Below, one piece after another: positions 1 to 11,119 of a stretch of 64,000 bases of DNA. The first letter of the stretch is position 1, and each line of letters opens with the position of its first letter. Under the pieces are notes generated by a model, which was given only the letters and a program-made list of their open reading frames with translations, did not search any database and had not been told where the DNA came from. Both the position numbers and the translations under genes were made by a program. This DNA is from Paragordius varius (lineage: Eukaryota > Animalia > Nematomorpha): the NCBI GenBank assembly GCA_964247055.1, contig OZ176051.1, forward strand, positions 5,890,001 through 5,954,000. Reading direction: 5' to 3'.

Positions 1-1814
1 CTTGTTGACCATATTTTTCTGCTCGCAAACGATTTTTAACATCCTTTTTGTGTTGGTAATGCGTGCCGAAAATATTTCTTTTCCGGCAAAAAAATGACAT
101 ACTAATTATAAAAATGCTAGTTTTTGTTGATCTCATCTTGTGTGTATTTGCTGATAATGTTAGATGATCGAAATAATGTATGTATCAAATTAATCGTCTG
201 GGTTTTCTTTGACGTCTTCCCATAGTTTAACCGGTAATAACCTATGAGTACGGTAGGTATTTCAGATGTATGTTTTATTCAAAAATCGGAATAAAATTTG
301 AAAAATGTAAAATTTTTAAAGTAACCCAACGCATGTAAAAATAGGATTATCAGGTTTTAATATAAACAAGGATAAAATTAGGAGGTTAGTAACTATCCTA
401 TTCTGTCTTCAGAGTAAAAATATAAATAATAAAATTTCTTTCATATATATGTTTCTTCAAATATTAAAAAAACAAATCTAAACTATTGGCACTGAAGCCT
501 AAAAAATTGAAAATGATACACATACATTCTTAAAAAAAGAGAATTGAATCTGTCCTGATCTGTTAGAGTAATTACATTTGATAAACGTAAATGATAAAAA
601 TGAATTCAGAATTGGAATATGAGAAACAGGGTTAAAGAGATAACTTTTTTCCAGAAATGTTTTGGGACACAACTGTCCCATTTAACCTAGGCGAGCTATA
701 ATTTCCAAATCTGACGATCCCCGACCACAGTTAAGAATTTATTTTTTGGAATGGAACATTGAGCTTTAACGGAAAAAATTATATTTATTATAATGTGCCC
801 TTATTATTTGCGATTATCCTTTAGCAAGCTCCATGTTCAATCAGAATATATGATTCATCATAATATTTTTATATCCCTTGATTTTTTTATAAATGAGGGG
901 TACTAACAAGCAAAAACATTGTTGATTTTTGCGTCTAATGATGGATTAAAATTTCTGCATAAAGCGTGATTTTACAGGGGTGATGTTTATCACATTGGCA
1001 GATTTTAAAAGAGAGCTTTTATGTTATCTGCGATTTACATGATCTTTGAGGCCATTGAATTAGATAAGGGTTACACGTCTCCTGATAAATTGCTTAATTA
1101 ACATTTTTTACTTGTCATCCCATTTTACAGGGGTTCAATAGTTTTTTAAAAGCTCAGCTATAATCTTTACCGTCATCATAGGATCGGTATAAAAATGTTT
1201 TAATATATTTGCGACAATTTTTGGAGTATAGGGGTCAATTAAATACTAAGGTTTGCACATTCGTAAATCAGTTTAATTTTACAAATTATAACGTTTGGGG
1301 GACTGAACTAAAAAATTTATATTCTTGATGTGTAGGGATGACCATTAACGCAAAAATATGGCGACTATGCTCAGCGCATTTATAAATTACTCATAATTAT
1401 AGTTATTTTTGATGAGATTATACTTGTTTAATATTTTTAAACCCAACATTTCATTTTATAAGTGTAAGGGCTACTCTAGATGTGGTTATGGTTCGGGTTT
1501 TTAACTGGTAAAAAATATACCGGATCATACCGCTTTTAAATTCAATCCCACAATTGGATAATTGTAACTAAAAAGAATAAAAGTGATCGTTCTGGTTTTA
1601 CTAGTGTCACAATTAAAACAAGAAATAATGTAAAAATTAATAAAATAGTAAAAATCAAAATTTTATATTAAATTACTCCAATATCCCTATTTAAAAAATC
1701 CTTATCAAAATCCACAATGTCTAAATAGCACATTGGTTAGTAAATTAACACTTTCGGTTCGTAAAATTTTAACATAATTTAAGTAATATACGGCCGCGTT
1801 TTATAAAGTCGCAA

Positions 1815-2167
1815 TATATACCATATACAATTCAATTCCTTGAACGATTCAAATTCACCCTCAAACAATTCAAAATCACCCTTGAACAAAATTTACCCTA
1901 AAAATAAATTATGTGTTTTCGGGCTAATATAACTCATCATTAATAAGAAATATATTCTTATGGCATAGTTTATTATTTTTTTAGTATTATATTAATTTTA
2001 AACCCAATTTCATTTTTTGAAAATATAAATATAAATATAGATAAATTTTAATCTTACAAAACACAATATATTTTAGGGTGAATTTGAATCGTTCGAGGGG
2101 TAATTTGAAATGTTCAAGGGTGAATTTGAATTGTTTAAGGGTGAATTTAAACTGTAAATGGTATATA
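1815..2167. mobile_element. Foldback/MITE-like element with terminal inverted repeats and 21-bp internal subrepeats
   Basis: Left end tatataccatatacaattcaa mirrors right end tgtaaatggtatata. Both arms hold tandem 21-bp units of consensus gggtgaatttgaattgttcaa (reverse complement on the left arm). Confidence 0.7.
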
Positions 2168-2195
2168 TACTCTTTTTATTTTATTCAATTCATAG

Positions 2196-5100
2196 ATAAA
2201 GTTTCATCTGCAAATATTTGAGAGACAAAATTTGATAAAATTTTGTGGCGGAATGACTTCATACGGATATTATGGAAACGATAGCCTATCATGTGTCAAT
2301 TTCGAAGACATACCTTTGTTTGGTCAAGCTCAATCTCTTCAAAGTGTATGTTAAATATTTGCAGTAAAGATTAGTTAAAATTATACAAACAAAACTCAAA
2401 AACTAAAAGACAAATATTTTTCCACACACACTCAATCATATTGATTAAATCGTAGTTATAATATATGTCGGTATAAAAAATATGGCTGTCTAATTATAAA
2501 AAATATGTGCCGTGTTTTTATTTTTTGTCTGTATAGTTTTAATTTATATTGTGTTATATCTTATCACATGTAAAACCATAAACTCCAATTGAGGGGCAAA
2601 TTAGATCTATAGAAAAATACTTATCATTATATATCACTAGTATTTGCAATGAGGAATACGGTAAATTAATTTTGTAAGACAGCTTTTAGCTAAGGACACA
2701 ATGTTATAACAATTTAATAAGTAAGAGTATAACAATTTTCAGGTTTTTATAAATATATTATTTTCGATAGAATTACCGGTATTAATTAGTTTTTAAATTT
2801 TTTAATCAAACGATTTTATTATGGAACTAATGTCATTTTGTTTTATGGAGACAAAAAAATATTACCTAGTTGGTTTTACAATTTTTTCATGGCCAAAATA
2901 TTATTAATCATGGCATGAACAAGTTTTTAATTTTAAGTACGGGTTAAAATATATGTTTGAAAGCAACAATAAAACATATATAGAGCATTTATAAAAACAA
3001 ATGGGTCGTTATAACTTTTTACCCAAAAATAGTAAAATAGCATATTATTTCATTCAAAACTATGGAGCCAAATGTGTTCAATAAAAATAAATGTCTAAAA
3101 CTACTATAAAATTTGATACTAAAGTTTAACAGTAAAATTTGCTAAATAATCACATTCGTTTACAATTAAGATAAATATTGACATAATAAAACTTTCATTA
3201 TGTTGGCTGAACCCTTTGACAATAGGCGATCCTTTTTGCATTAAAAATGGAAATTTTACGGACAAAATTAAAAACTAAAGGACAAATATTTACAACCATA
3301 CTTTTTTAAACCTTATTTTTTCCTATACAAACTATTTAATTATAGTTTAAAGTATGTAATAGAGTGTATTATCAATATAATTCTCTATTATATCTTTACA
3401 TATATTGGCAATTTAAAACAATGAGAATTATATTGATAATAATCGTTTTGAAAAGTATGGGTGTGTTTTAAAACAAAATATTTGTCTTTAAATTCATTTT
3501 CCTCGTATAATTATATTTTTACTGCATAGAAGTTTATAAAAAAACCTAAATATTACCAAATATCCAAAAACGTATAAAGCCATATATAGTGACCGATAAT
3601 CAAAGTGCAACATTGAAACTTTAATTTATTGTATTATTTAGTACCGGGTGATCGGATATGACGATCATGTTGAATTAGTGGAAATTTATAATGCTTACTG
3701 CCTTTCAAGATTGATCCGATCACTTCCAAGACTGTCTCGCGTTTATGTTCAGAAACCGTACTACATGAGGCCATATAGCAAAAAAATTAAAACGAAACTC
3801 TACATATACATGAAACAATGTGAAGGTAAATAATTGGACTTGACTTATATTAAGCAAGATGTTTAATATAACCTATTTTATTGATTCAATCATTACGGCT
3901 TTTTTGTTTGTATATATTTTGTAATGGACTATGTGATTGATTTATATAGTTTATTCTAATTGCTAGAAAATGGAACCGGTTTATATGGTAAATTGGAAAA
4001 GGATTACAGATATCTTGATGGATTAAAAAGTATTCCACAATTTTTTGTTAATCTTAGATTTTTATTTGGGTCAAGATATGTGTGAAATGATCCATGATTC
4101 TGGAATGTATAATATTGCTTACCGTATTGGATCGCTAAATGTTTTTATCGAGTAATTTATTTTTAAATAAGCTGTTTAAAATTCTTTTTTTGAGGTAGGA
4201 TAAATAAAAATTTTGGGCAATAAGAACTAACAAATATTTTGTAGGGGAGATGGTAATATCGAAGGGTCAATTTTTATAGAACATACTGTAAGAGCTTAAG
4301 TACCAGTCTCTGTAACTAGACTTAGTAACTAGTAATTGCAAGTTTTTTAAAAAGCCTAGAGGGCTATATTGAAAGGTGGTTTCCTAATCATAGTATCGAA
4401 TATCATAAGGAAATAAAAAATAACGATACGTTGATATATGACTTATGGCACCATACATCCCATCCTTAATGCAAACGAAAAAGACAGATATTGATTTTAT
4501 ATATACAAACATTTTTTTTCATTTTTATCAAATAATGCCTATGATTGCTCGTAACATTATAATCGGTTGGACCGATTATTATTTGATGAATCAAAAAAAG
4601 AAATTATTATGAGTAAATATGGTTAAATTTATTTAGAAATATACCACTACACGTGAACAAAGAAATAAACACCATTGAAACAATATTTTATGGTTACATA
4701 GCAGTCCAACGTCGTCCAAATCAATACATAATAAAATTTTTCGATGATGAAATAATAGTTAAAGTACAAGAAATACTTAAAAGAAAACAAGGTTTTAATG
4801 TAGAAGCATCATCCACAGAAGTATTTATTATTGTTTAAATAAAATCACATCATTTAATAAAACTTCGGTGTTACTGGATTAAGTTATCTATAAAATGATT
4901 AAAAATTTGTACCATTTTTTGTCAAAAACAACATTTTTTTAAGCAAACGATTTTCATACAAATCCAACATTTATTTTGAAATTAATGGCAATTTTTTTAT
5001 TTTATGACGATTTATTATTAAACTCCATTTTGCGTTTAAATTGATTTTTATTGTTTTATTATCAATATTTAATGGTAAATTAATTTTCGACATTTTAATT

Positions 5101-8100
5101 GCCCATAACTTACTTGTATTTTTTATATTAAATATTCTTTTTTTAAAGATCTTTATTTTCATCTATAAACATATATTCTTTTGACATTTCATAATTTTTA
5201 CATGTATAAAACAAAAACATATTCACATTGGGGTATCTATATACCCCAGACTAATCAATATTTTTAAAAAGCTACTGAAGAAAAAGGTCTCAGTTTATAT
5301 TTATGCTTCTATCCTGATAAAAATTATATAAATAAGCCAAAAATTTAATTTTGAAAAAGAAGTTCCATGTCAGACTACTTAGACGCCATTTTTATTTTTC
5401 TAAATTTTTGCAAAATATCGTGATCATTTAATTTTAAAGGTTAAATTAAAGCTAATTTTTTATTTAAATTATATCTAACATTGATAGAAATAAAGAAAGT
5501 GGTTTATTTTGTATTATTTTTAAATTTAGCCAATGCACACATGTTACATCGACTAACTTTTTACCTTTGGGTTTCGCATCAAAATAAGTAATATCAAATA
5601 TTTTTGAATAAAATTTTTTTATACATTTCGGTTTAATGTTATATAAGTGCAAAATTTTGTCATGGTTTCGTTGCCTTCCATATTTTTGAAAGTATTAAAT
5701 TTTAAACAGGCCTGGGATATCCAACTACCCCAATTTGAATCGAAGACTGAAATGAATGTGTTGTATCCAAGTATTAAATATGATTGTTTCTTTTAAGAAG
5801 AATTCAATAAAAATACTATATTTAAAACATTAACCTCGTTATATTTTTATATACAGTAAAATATTAAATAACTTATATATTGTTTATAGATGAAAATAAA
5901 ATTGATTTTAAAAAATAGAATAAATATGAATAATAAAATTAAGTTATGGGCAAAATTAATATGTTTTAAAATCAATTTACCACCAATTGATAATAAAACA
6001 ATAAAAATCAAAATACAACGAAAACTAATAATTAACTTAAATGAATACTCAATAATAATTGTCCTAAAATTTAACTTTAATTTAAAAATGTTATCTTTGA
6101 ATGAAAAAAATGTTGCGTTTGACTGAAAAATGGTTTATTAATATAGCTAATCCTATTTTTAAAAAAATTAATAGTTTTATATAGTTGTGTTTGCTTTGCC
6201 TTTTATACCAGCTAAGTTGGAATTTTGAATGGTGCAGTACACAAAGCACCAAAGGCCGTTTAAAAATATCCCGATAAAACATGTATACTGTAGATTTATG
6301 TATTAACACTTCGATTCAAATTGGGGTATCTAAATATCCCAGACTAAATTTAAATTAATATTTTTAAAAAACGACTGAAGGAAACGGTCCAAATTTAAAT
6401 TTATGCTTCTATCATGATAAAAATTATATAAATATGCCAAAATATCTTGATAAAATTTTGTTTTGATTAAATAGTTCCATTTCAAACTACTTCGACGCCA
6501 TTTTTATTTAACAAAATTTTTGCAAAATATCGTCTTCATTTAATTTTAAGGGTAAACTAAAGCTAATTTTCAATATAAATTACATCTAACAATGATAGAA
6601 ATATAAAAAGCGGTTTATTTTGTATTATTTTTTAATTTCACCATTTGACACATGTCATGTTGACGAAATTTTTATCTTTCGGTTTTAGCTTAAAAAAGGT
6701 AATATCAAGTATATTTTAATAAATTTTTTTATATATTTCGGTTTATTAATGTTTTATAAGTGCAAAATTTTGCCATGGTTTCGATTCCTTCCATACTTTT
6801 TAAAGTATTGGATTTCAAACAGGCCTGGGGTATCCAACTACCCCAATTTGAATCGAAGGACTAAAATGAGTGTGTTGTATCCAAGTGTTAAGAATCTTTT
6901 TTGTTTTTGGCCTTAAGATTCATTTTAGAAAAATATTTACTTTTTGTGCTAATTGCTCCATATCGCCATATCGCAAGCGCACATTATGTTATATAAAATT
7001 TTGGTAAGATGCTTCATTCCAAAAAAAATATTCATAAAATCTATTAAAAACTACATTCTAATCATATTAACATTTAGGTTTGATTATATTTGGGCCCTTT
7101 TTTAATTAACGCAAAAATGCCGAGAGCGCGGTAAAATTTTTTTATCTATGCTGGATTATGACATGCAAAAAAAAATTTCAAAAAAATGCAAACTTTGTTA
7201 AAAAAATAAACTTTCAACAATATTTTGATTAAGCGTAATTAGTGTATTGGAAGTATAAAAATCTTTAATATATTATAAAATCAGTTAAATATAATTTGAT
7301 GCTCTTTTATTATTTCAGGTTTTTAATTCAAAGATTTATTTATATATAAGTTAATATAAATTGGATCTTTCACAAAATACTAAAAGGAAACAGACCTTTT
7401 AATCAAAATTCTGAGGTGATAAAATGTTCAGGATAATCCAATGATATAGAAAGGTATTTATACAATATATTAAAGGGTTATACCGTTTCCAACATGACCA
7501 AAATACCAGGAGAAACGCTTTAACAAAATTTGGAAAATCCAATTTTTTAATAAATGCATTCATAACTTTCATTAGAATATATATTTTTTAAATACGCAAT
7601 CTAGGCATTTTTGTGTTTATTTCAAAAAACTAATCGATATGAAGGTTCCCATATGAGACTTTCGGAGCCAATATCTAAAAACTTAACAGTAAAATAAATA
7701 TTGCTTTGCTTTAAAATTTCAGTTTATAATATATTTTTATGATATTTTTAGAATGAAGCATCAGTTTTTACCAAAAATTTTAGCATAATGTGCGGAAATT
7801 TTGTGATTTTTCCATATGGAGGAATTACAATGTGTATTTTTAAGGTAAGACCCAAAAACAAAAGCACTATTAGAATCCTGATATATTTATTTATCATACA
7901 TATTTCATAAGAATACTTTTTGCAGGCAGTTTAGTGAGTTATTTATACATGGTAAACAACTATTTTAAGCTTGCAAATATATTTTAGTGTTTGCATTCTA
8001 CTGCATATCAGATTAAATTACGAAATGCCAATTTAAAATATTTTGTTATTTTTTGACTAATGTTATCTGATTATTAAATTAAAGCATTCTCTTTGATGGC

Positions 8101-9437
8101 AAAAAAATTATTTTTTAATTTAATTTCTAATATTTTTTTCTTTTACTCAAAAGTTAATTTTGGTCCTACTGTGTAGTTAAGTGTTTGTCCAATCAAATTA
8201 CCTAACTATTAAGTATGTCAGGAAAAATTTTCAGCTGATTCTTTATAAATCATTTAAATAATAATTATAAAGCTAACCTATTAATATTAAACTCATAATT
8301 ACATACATTTGTATTTTCACATATATTTATCGCTATATATTTTTTAATCGCATTACATTAAAAATTGTGCTATTAAATTTAGTTAAGATAGCGTTAGTAG
8401 TTTTGCATTGATGGTTAGAAACCATTTTAAAGTATTTGAATACACATGTTAAAGTAAAGGGGTCAGGTTCCGATCGCTTATTCTATAAATGGTAATAATT
8501 CCAACCTTCATTCAATATGTTTTCTTTAACGCTTACAAAATGAAATAAAAAATTTCAAAATACATTAATATTATTCGGGTATACTACTCAAACACATATT
8601 TTTTTATATTAAACAGAATCCTCAAGCATTTACCGTCGATGTAGAGAATATAAATGAGTGCGTGTTTTCGAGAGTTATTTTAAGGACAGGAGACATTTAT
8701 AATGAAACGATCGATGCAGAAGTAAACTATTTTAATGTTATTTATGCTATTTGGGACGTCCGTCTTCATAGACTTTTTATAATGATTAATAAGCTATTAT
8801 ACGTATAATACAAAAAATTAGTTATTAATTCGGGTAATATATGGTATTATGTTTTTAAACTAGTGCAAAAAGGGGGCATATAAAAATCTAAGGGGGGGGG
8901 AACAATTTGTAGAAGCGACCTTAAATTTATGTTGATAAATAAAATGTTCATTATTATTTAATAATTGGTTTATTAATATATTTAAATTAAATTATCAGCG
9001 CCTTGGTATTATTAAAAAATAATAATAGAAACAAATTTAAGGCTAATGAGGATCTCAGGTGCATAATACAGATTTTTCCCCGTTTGATTCCAGATGCATT
9101 CTCAATGATTAAGGTTTTTTTGCATTTTAATGTTTTTTTGGAAAGAGGGGGTCGCAAAATTTTTTTTATTAATTGTGTTAGGTGGGTACAAAAAAGGTTG
9201 GGAACGACTGTACCAATGGTTATTTATTGATATTGACATTCATTAATTTTCACTTTTTTGTCCTAGTTTATCTTTTGTGGATGTTATCCTAGTCAATTTT
9301 AAACTACATTTTTTTGAGTTATTTCAATTGAATTTTAATGAAATATTGTTCATATTGGATAAAAAAGTTTATATTTTTTACAGTTTGTGACTCTTAGAGT
9401 CTTAAATTGTGACAGGGACATATTTAAAATATATCAA
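2196..9437 (+). CDS. Putative multi-exon protein-coding gene of unknown function (ends not resolved)
   Basis: Five consecutive stop-free, phase-compatible GT-AG exons: 2196-2345, 3642-3825, 3967-4029, 4058-4151, 4245-4287. Further exon-like blocks at 4637-4820, 7752-7844, from 8617, and 9384-9437. No domain recognised. Confidence 0.6.
3257..3509. mobile_element. AT-rich MITE family with TIR of about tata(c/g)ggac(a/g)aaa
   Basis: Inverted ends tacggacaaaattaaaaactaaaggacaaatatt...accatacttt and aaaagtatgg...aaatatttgtcttta...cctcgtata. Related copies at 54714-54933 and degenerate ones near 2400-2520, 46315-46510, 50330-50470 and 51445-51650. Confidence 0.55.
5221..5773 (-). mobile_element. 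piggyBac-type MITE, copy with one eroded end
   Basis: Reverse complement of the 17964-18538 element; ends ttgtatccaagta followed by TTAA at 5774-5777; the other terminus is truncated. Confidence 0.85.
6307..6887 (-). mobile_element. piggyBac-type MITE, full copy
   Basis: TTAA at 6303-6306 and 6888-6891; ends cacttcgattc and gtatccaagtg. Confidence 0.9.
8861..9210. mobile_element. Degenerate hAT-type MITE
   Basis: Ends in aggttgggaacgactg (reverse complement cagtcgttcccaacct, a hAT-like TIR) with G-runs near both ends; resembles 60576-60924 in the opposite orientation. No TSD seen. Confidence 0.4.
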
Positions 9438-10149
9438 GTTTTACTACGATTTTACATTTTTTAGAAAAAATTTTATTATACAGCTAAAAAGTTAAAGGAA
9501 ACATATTTTAAATCCGGCTTAATAACTTAGATACTTTTTTAGATATTTAAATTTCAAATCACTCTGGTATATAAAACTACCCCAATCAAGCAACTGTTAT
9601 TGGCCAGAACGCAAATATTATAGTTTGCATATAAAGAATGAATTTTTTTACATTTTTATATAATAATATTGATAGCCTGTCATCAGCCACTCTGACTTAG
9701 TTTCGATAGGTAAAGGCGTTAATTTAGTATTAACCTTTTTAAAAACTAGGGTTAACAATTTTATTAACAGTAATCAACAAGGAAACTTATACTAACTAAT
9801 TCTATTTTCTCTTAAAAGTATTTCCATTTGATGCAAACAAGTTCTACGATTGAATTGTCTGAAGGTCTGAATCAACATCGTTCAATGTTTACGTTTTCGT
9901 TTATACACTCTATCACGTGTTACAGCGCACATTCATCACATTATATTTCCCCAGGGAGGGAAATTAAGCTTATTAAAAGATGGATACATTGTCCATAAAA
10001 AGCAACTCGAACATTATATCTACATAAATAATAAATAAATTAAACTTTTATTTTATTATATGATGGTTTGAATATAAGTTTTTTGGAACTGTAATCATGC
10101 ACAATACCAAGCTTCCGGAAATAATAACGAAATTATTTTTGCATTATTG

Positions 10150-10750
10150 CCTAAAAATAACCATATGCAGCGATTCAATTGTTTGCTAAATAAACATATA
10201 GTTAAAACACTTACTGCATATTTATCTTTTCATAGTCTAAAAAATTCCAAACAATCAAAACGATTTACCATTCTATCGACTGATGAGAAGTTTTGTATGG
10301 CTAAAATTTTTTTATTGACTGGGAAAACAATAAGATTGACTGGAAAGATCTCAAACATTAGTCCCCATTCTTTAACAAAAAATTTCTTGACATAAAGCAC
10401 AGTGTAAAGCCTATACCCCGCAATGATCCGTGGGGTTAGCCATCTGTTCGGGAAAAACCGCGGCACTAAAAGATTTTTATTCCCTTGAATTATTTTTGTT
10501 TTCAATGTATTTGGAGAATAAATATCTGCAAATGTGTCTAATAACTATAATATTTTTATCGATATTATATGGTGCAGGGCCCTTGAAACAAGATAAATAT
10601 TTTTGCAACCCATTAAAAATTTTTAAGAGCACCACTGTGTTATACGTTCGAAACACTTGGAAATATGCAATACTGATTGCAAACAAATTATCTTTAATTT
10701 GGATTTAAACAGTGGCTTACCCTCTTTCATTCGCTTTATTTAATCAAAAA
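10150..10750 (+). pseudogene. Degenerate Tc1/mariner-superfamily transposase relic
   Basis: Frameshifted peptides ILSTDEKF (compare FSDEK), PAMI..GLAICSGKT..L (compare P.SVMVW.AI.S.GKT.L) and YGAGP (compare DGAP) occur in the expected order. No TIR found. Confidence 0.4.
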
Positions 10751-11119
10751 TATTTTATACGGATAAAATCTCATTATGAGAAAATTCCCCAAACTTCAGA
10801 ATGCTGCGCCTAATAACAATATAACGAGGTATTGTTCTTCTCTTTTTAAAAACAAGCATATATACAAATCTTTTCTATTAATCATAAAAACTTAGCATTT
10901 CTAAATAGGATAATTATTTGATAAAACTAACGCTCCAAATCGACTGGGTGTGCGCAGGGAACTACCAAAATAATAATCGATAGCACTCCAATCATAAATG
11001 AGTTTAAAGCAATTAAAATTTCACATGCTCCACCTTATCTTTACTAAAATATATGATTAATTAGGCGCTCCAGATTATATAGATGGCTGATAAGAAATAA
11101 TTTATAAGATGGTATAAAA

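Noticed and set aside
880-1200. LLIFASNDGLKFLHKA as a Mutator transposase remnant
   Set aside because: Single weak motif with stops and no DGTF or CxxH support.
4971-6126. ORFs 4971-5162 (-) and 5890-6126 (+) as paralogous small proteins
   Set aside because: They are translations of an AT-rich inverted repeat, consisting mostly of K/I/N codons.
9660-9715. Minus-strand cgaaac-taa-gtc...ctgatga resembling a hammerhead ribozyme core
   Set aside because: Stems I and II do not pair; the plus strand fits a small exon (PVISHSDLVSI) at least as well.
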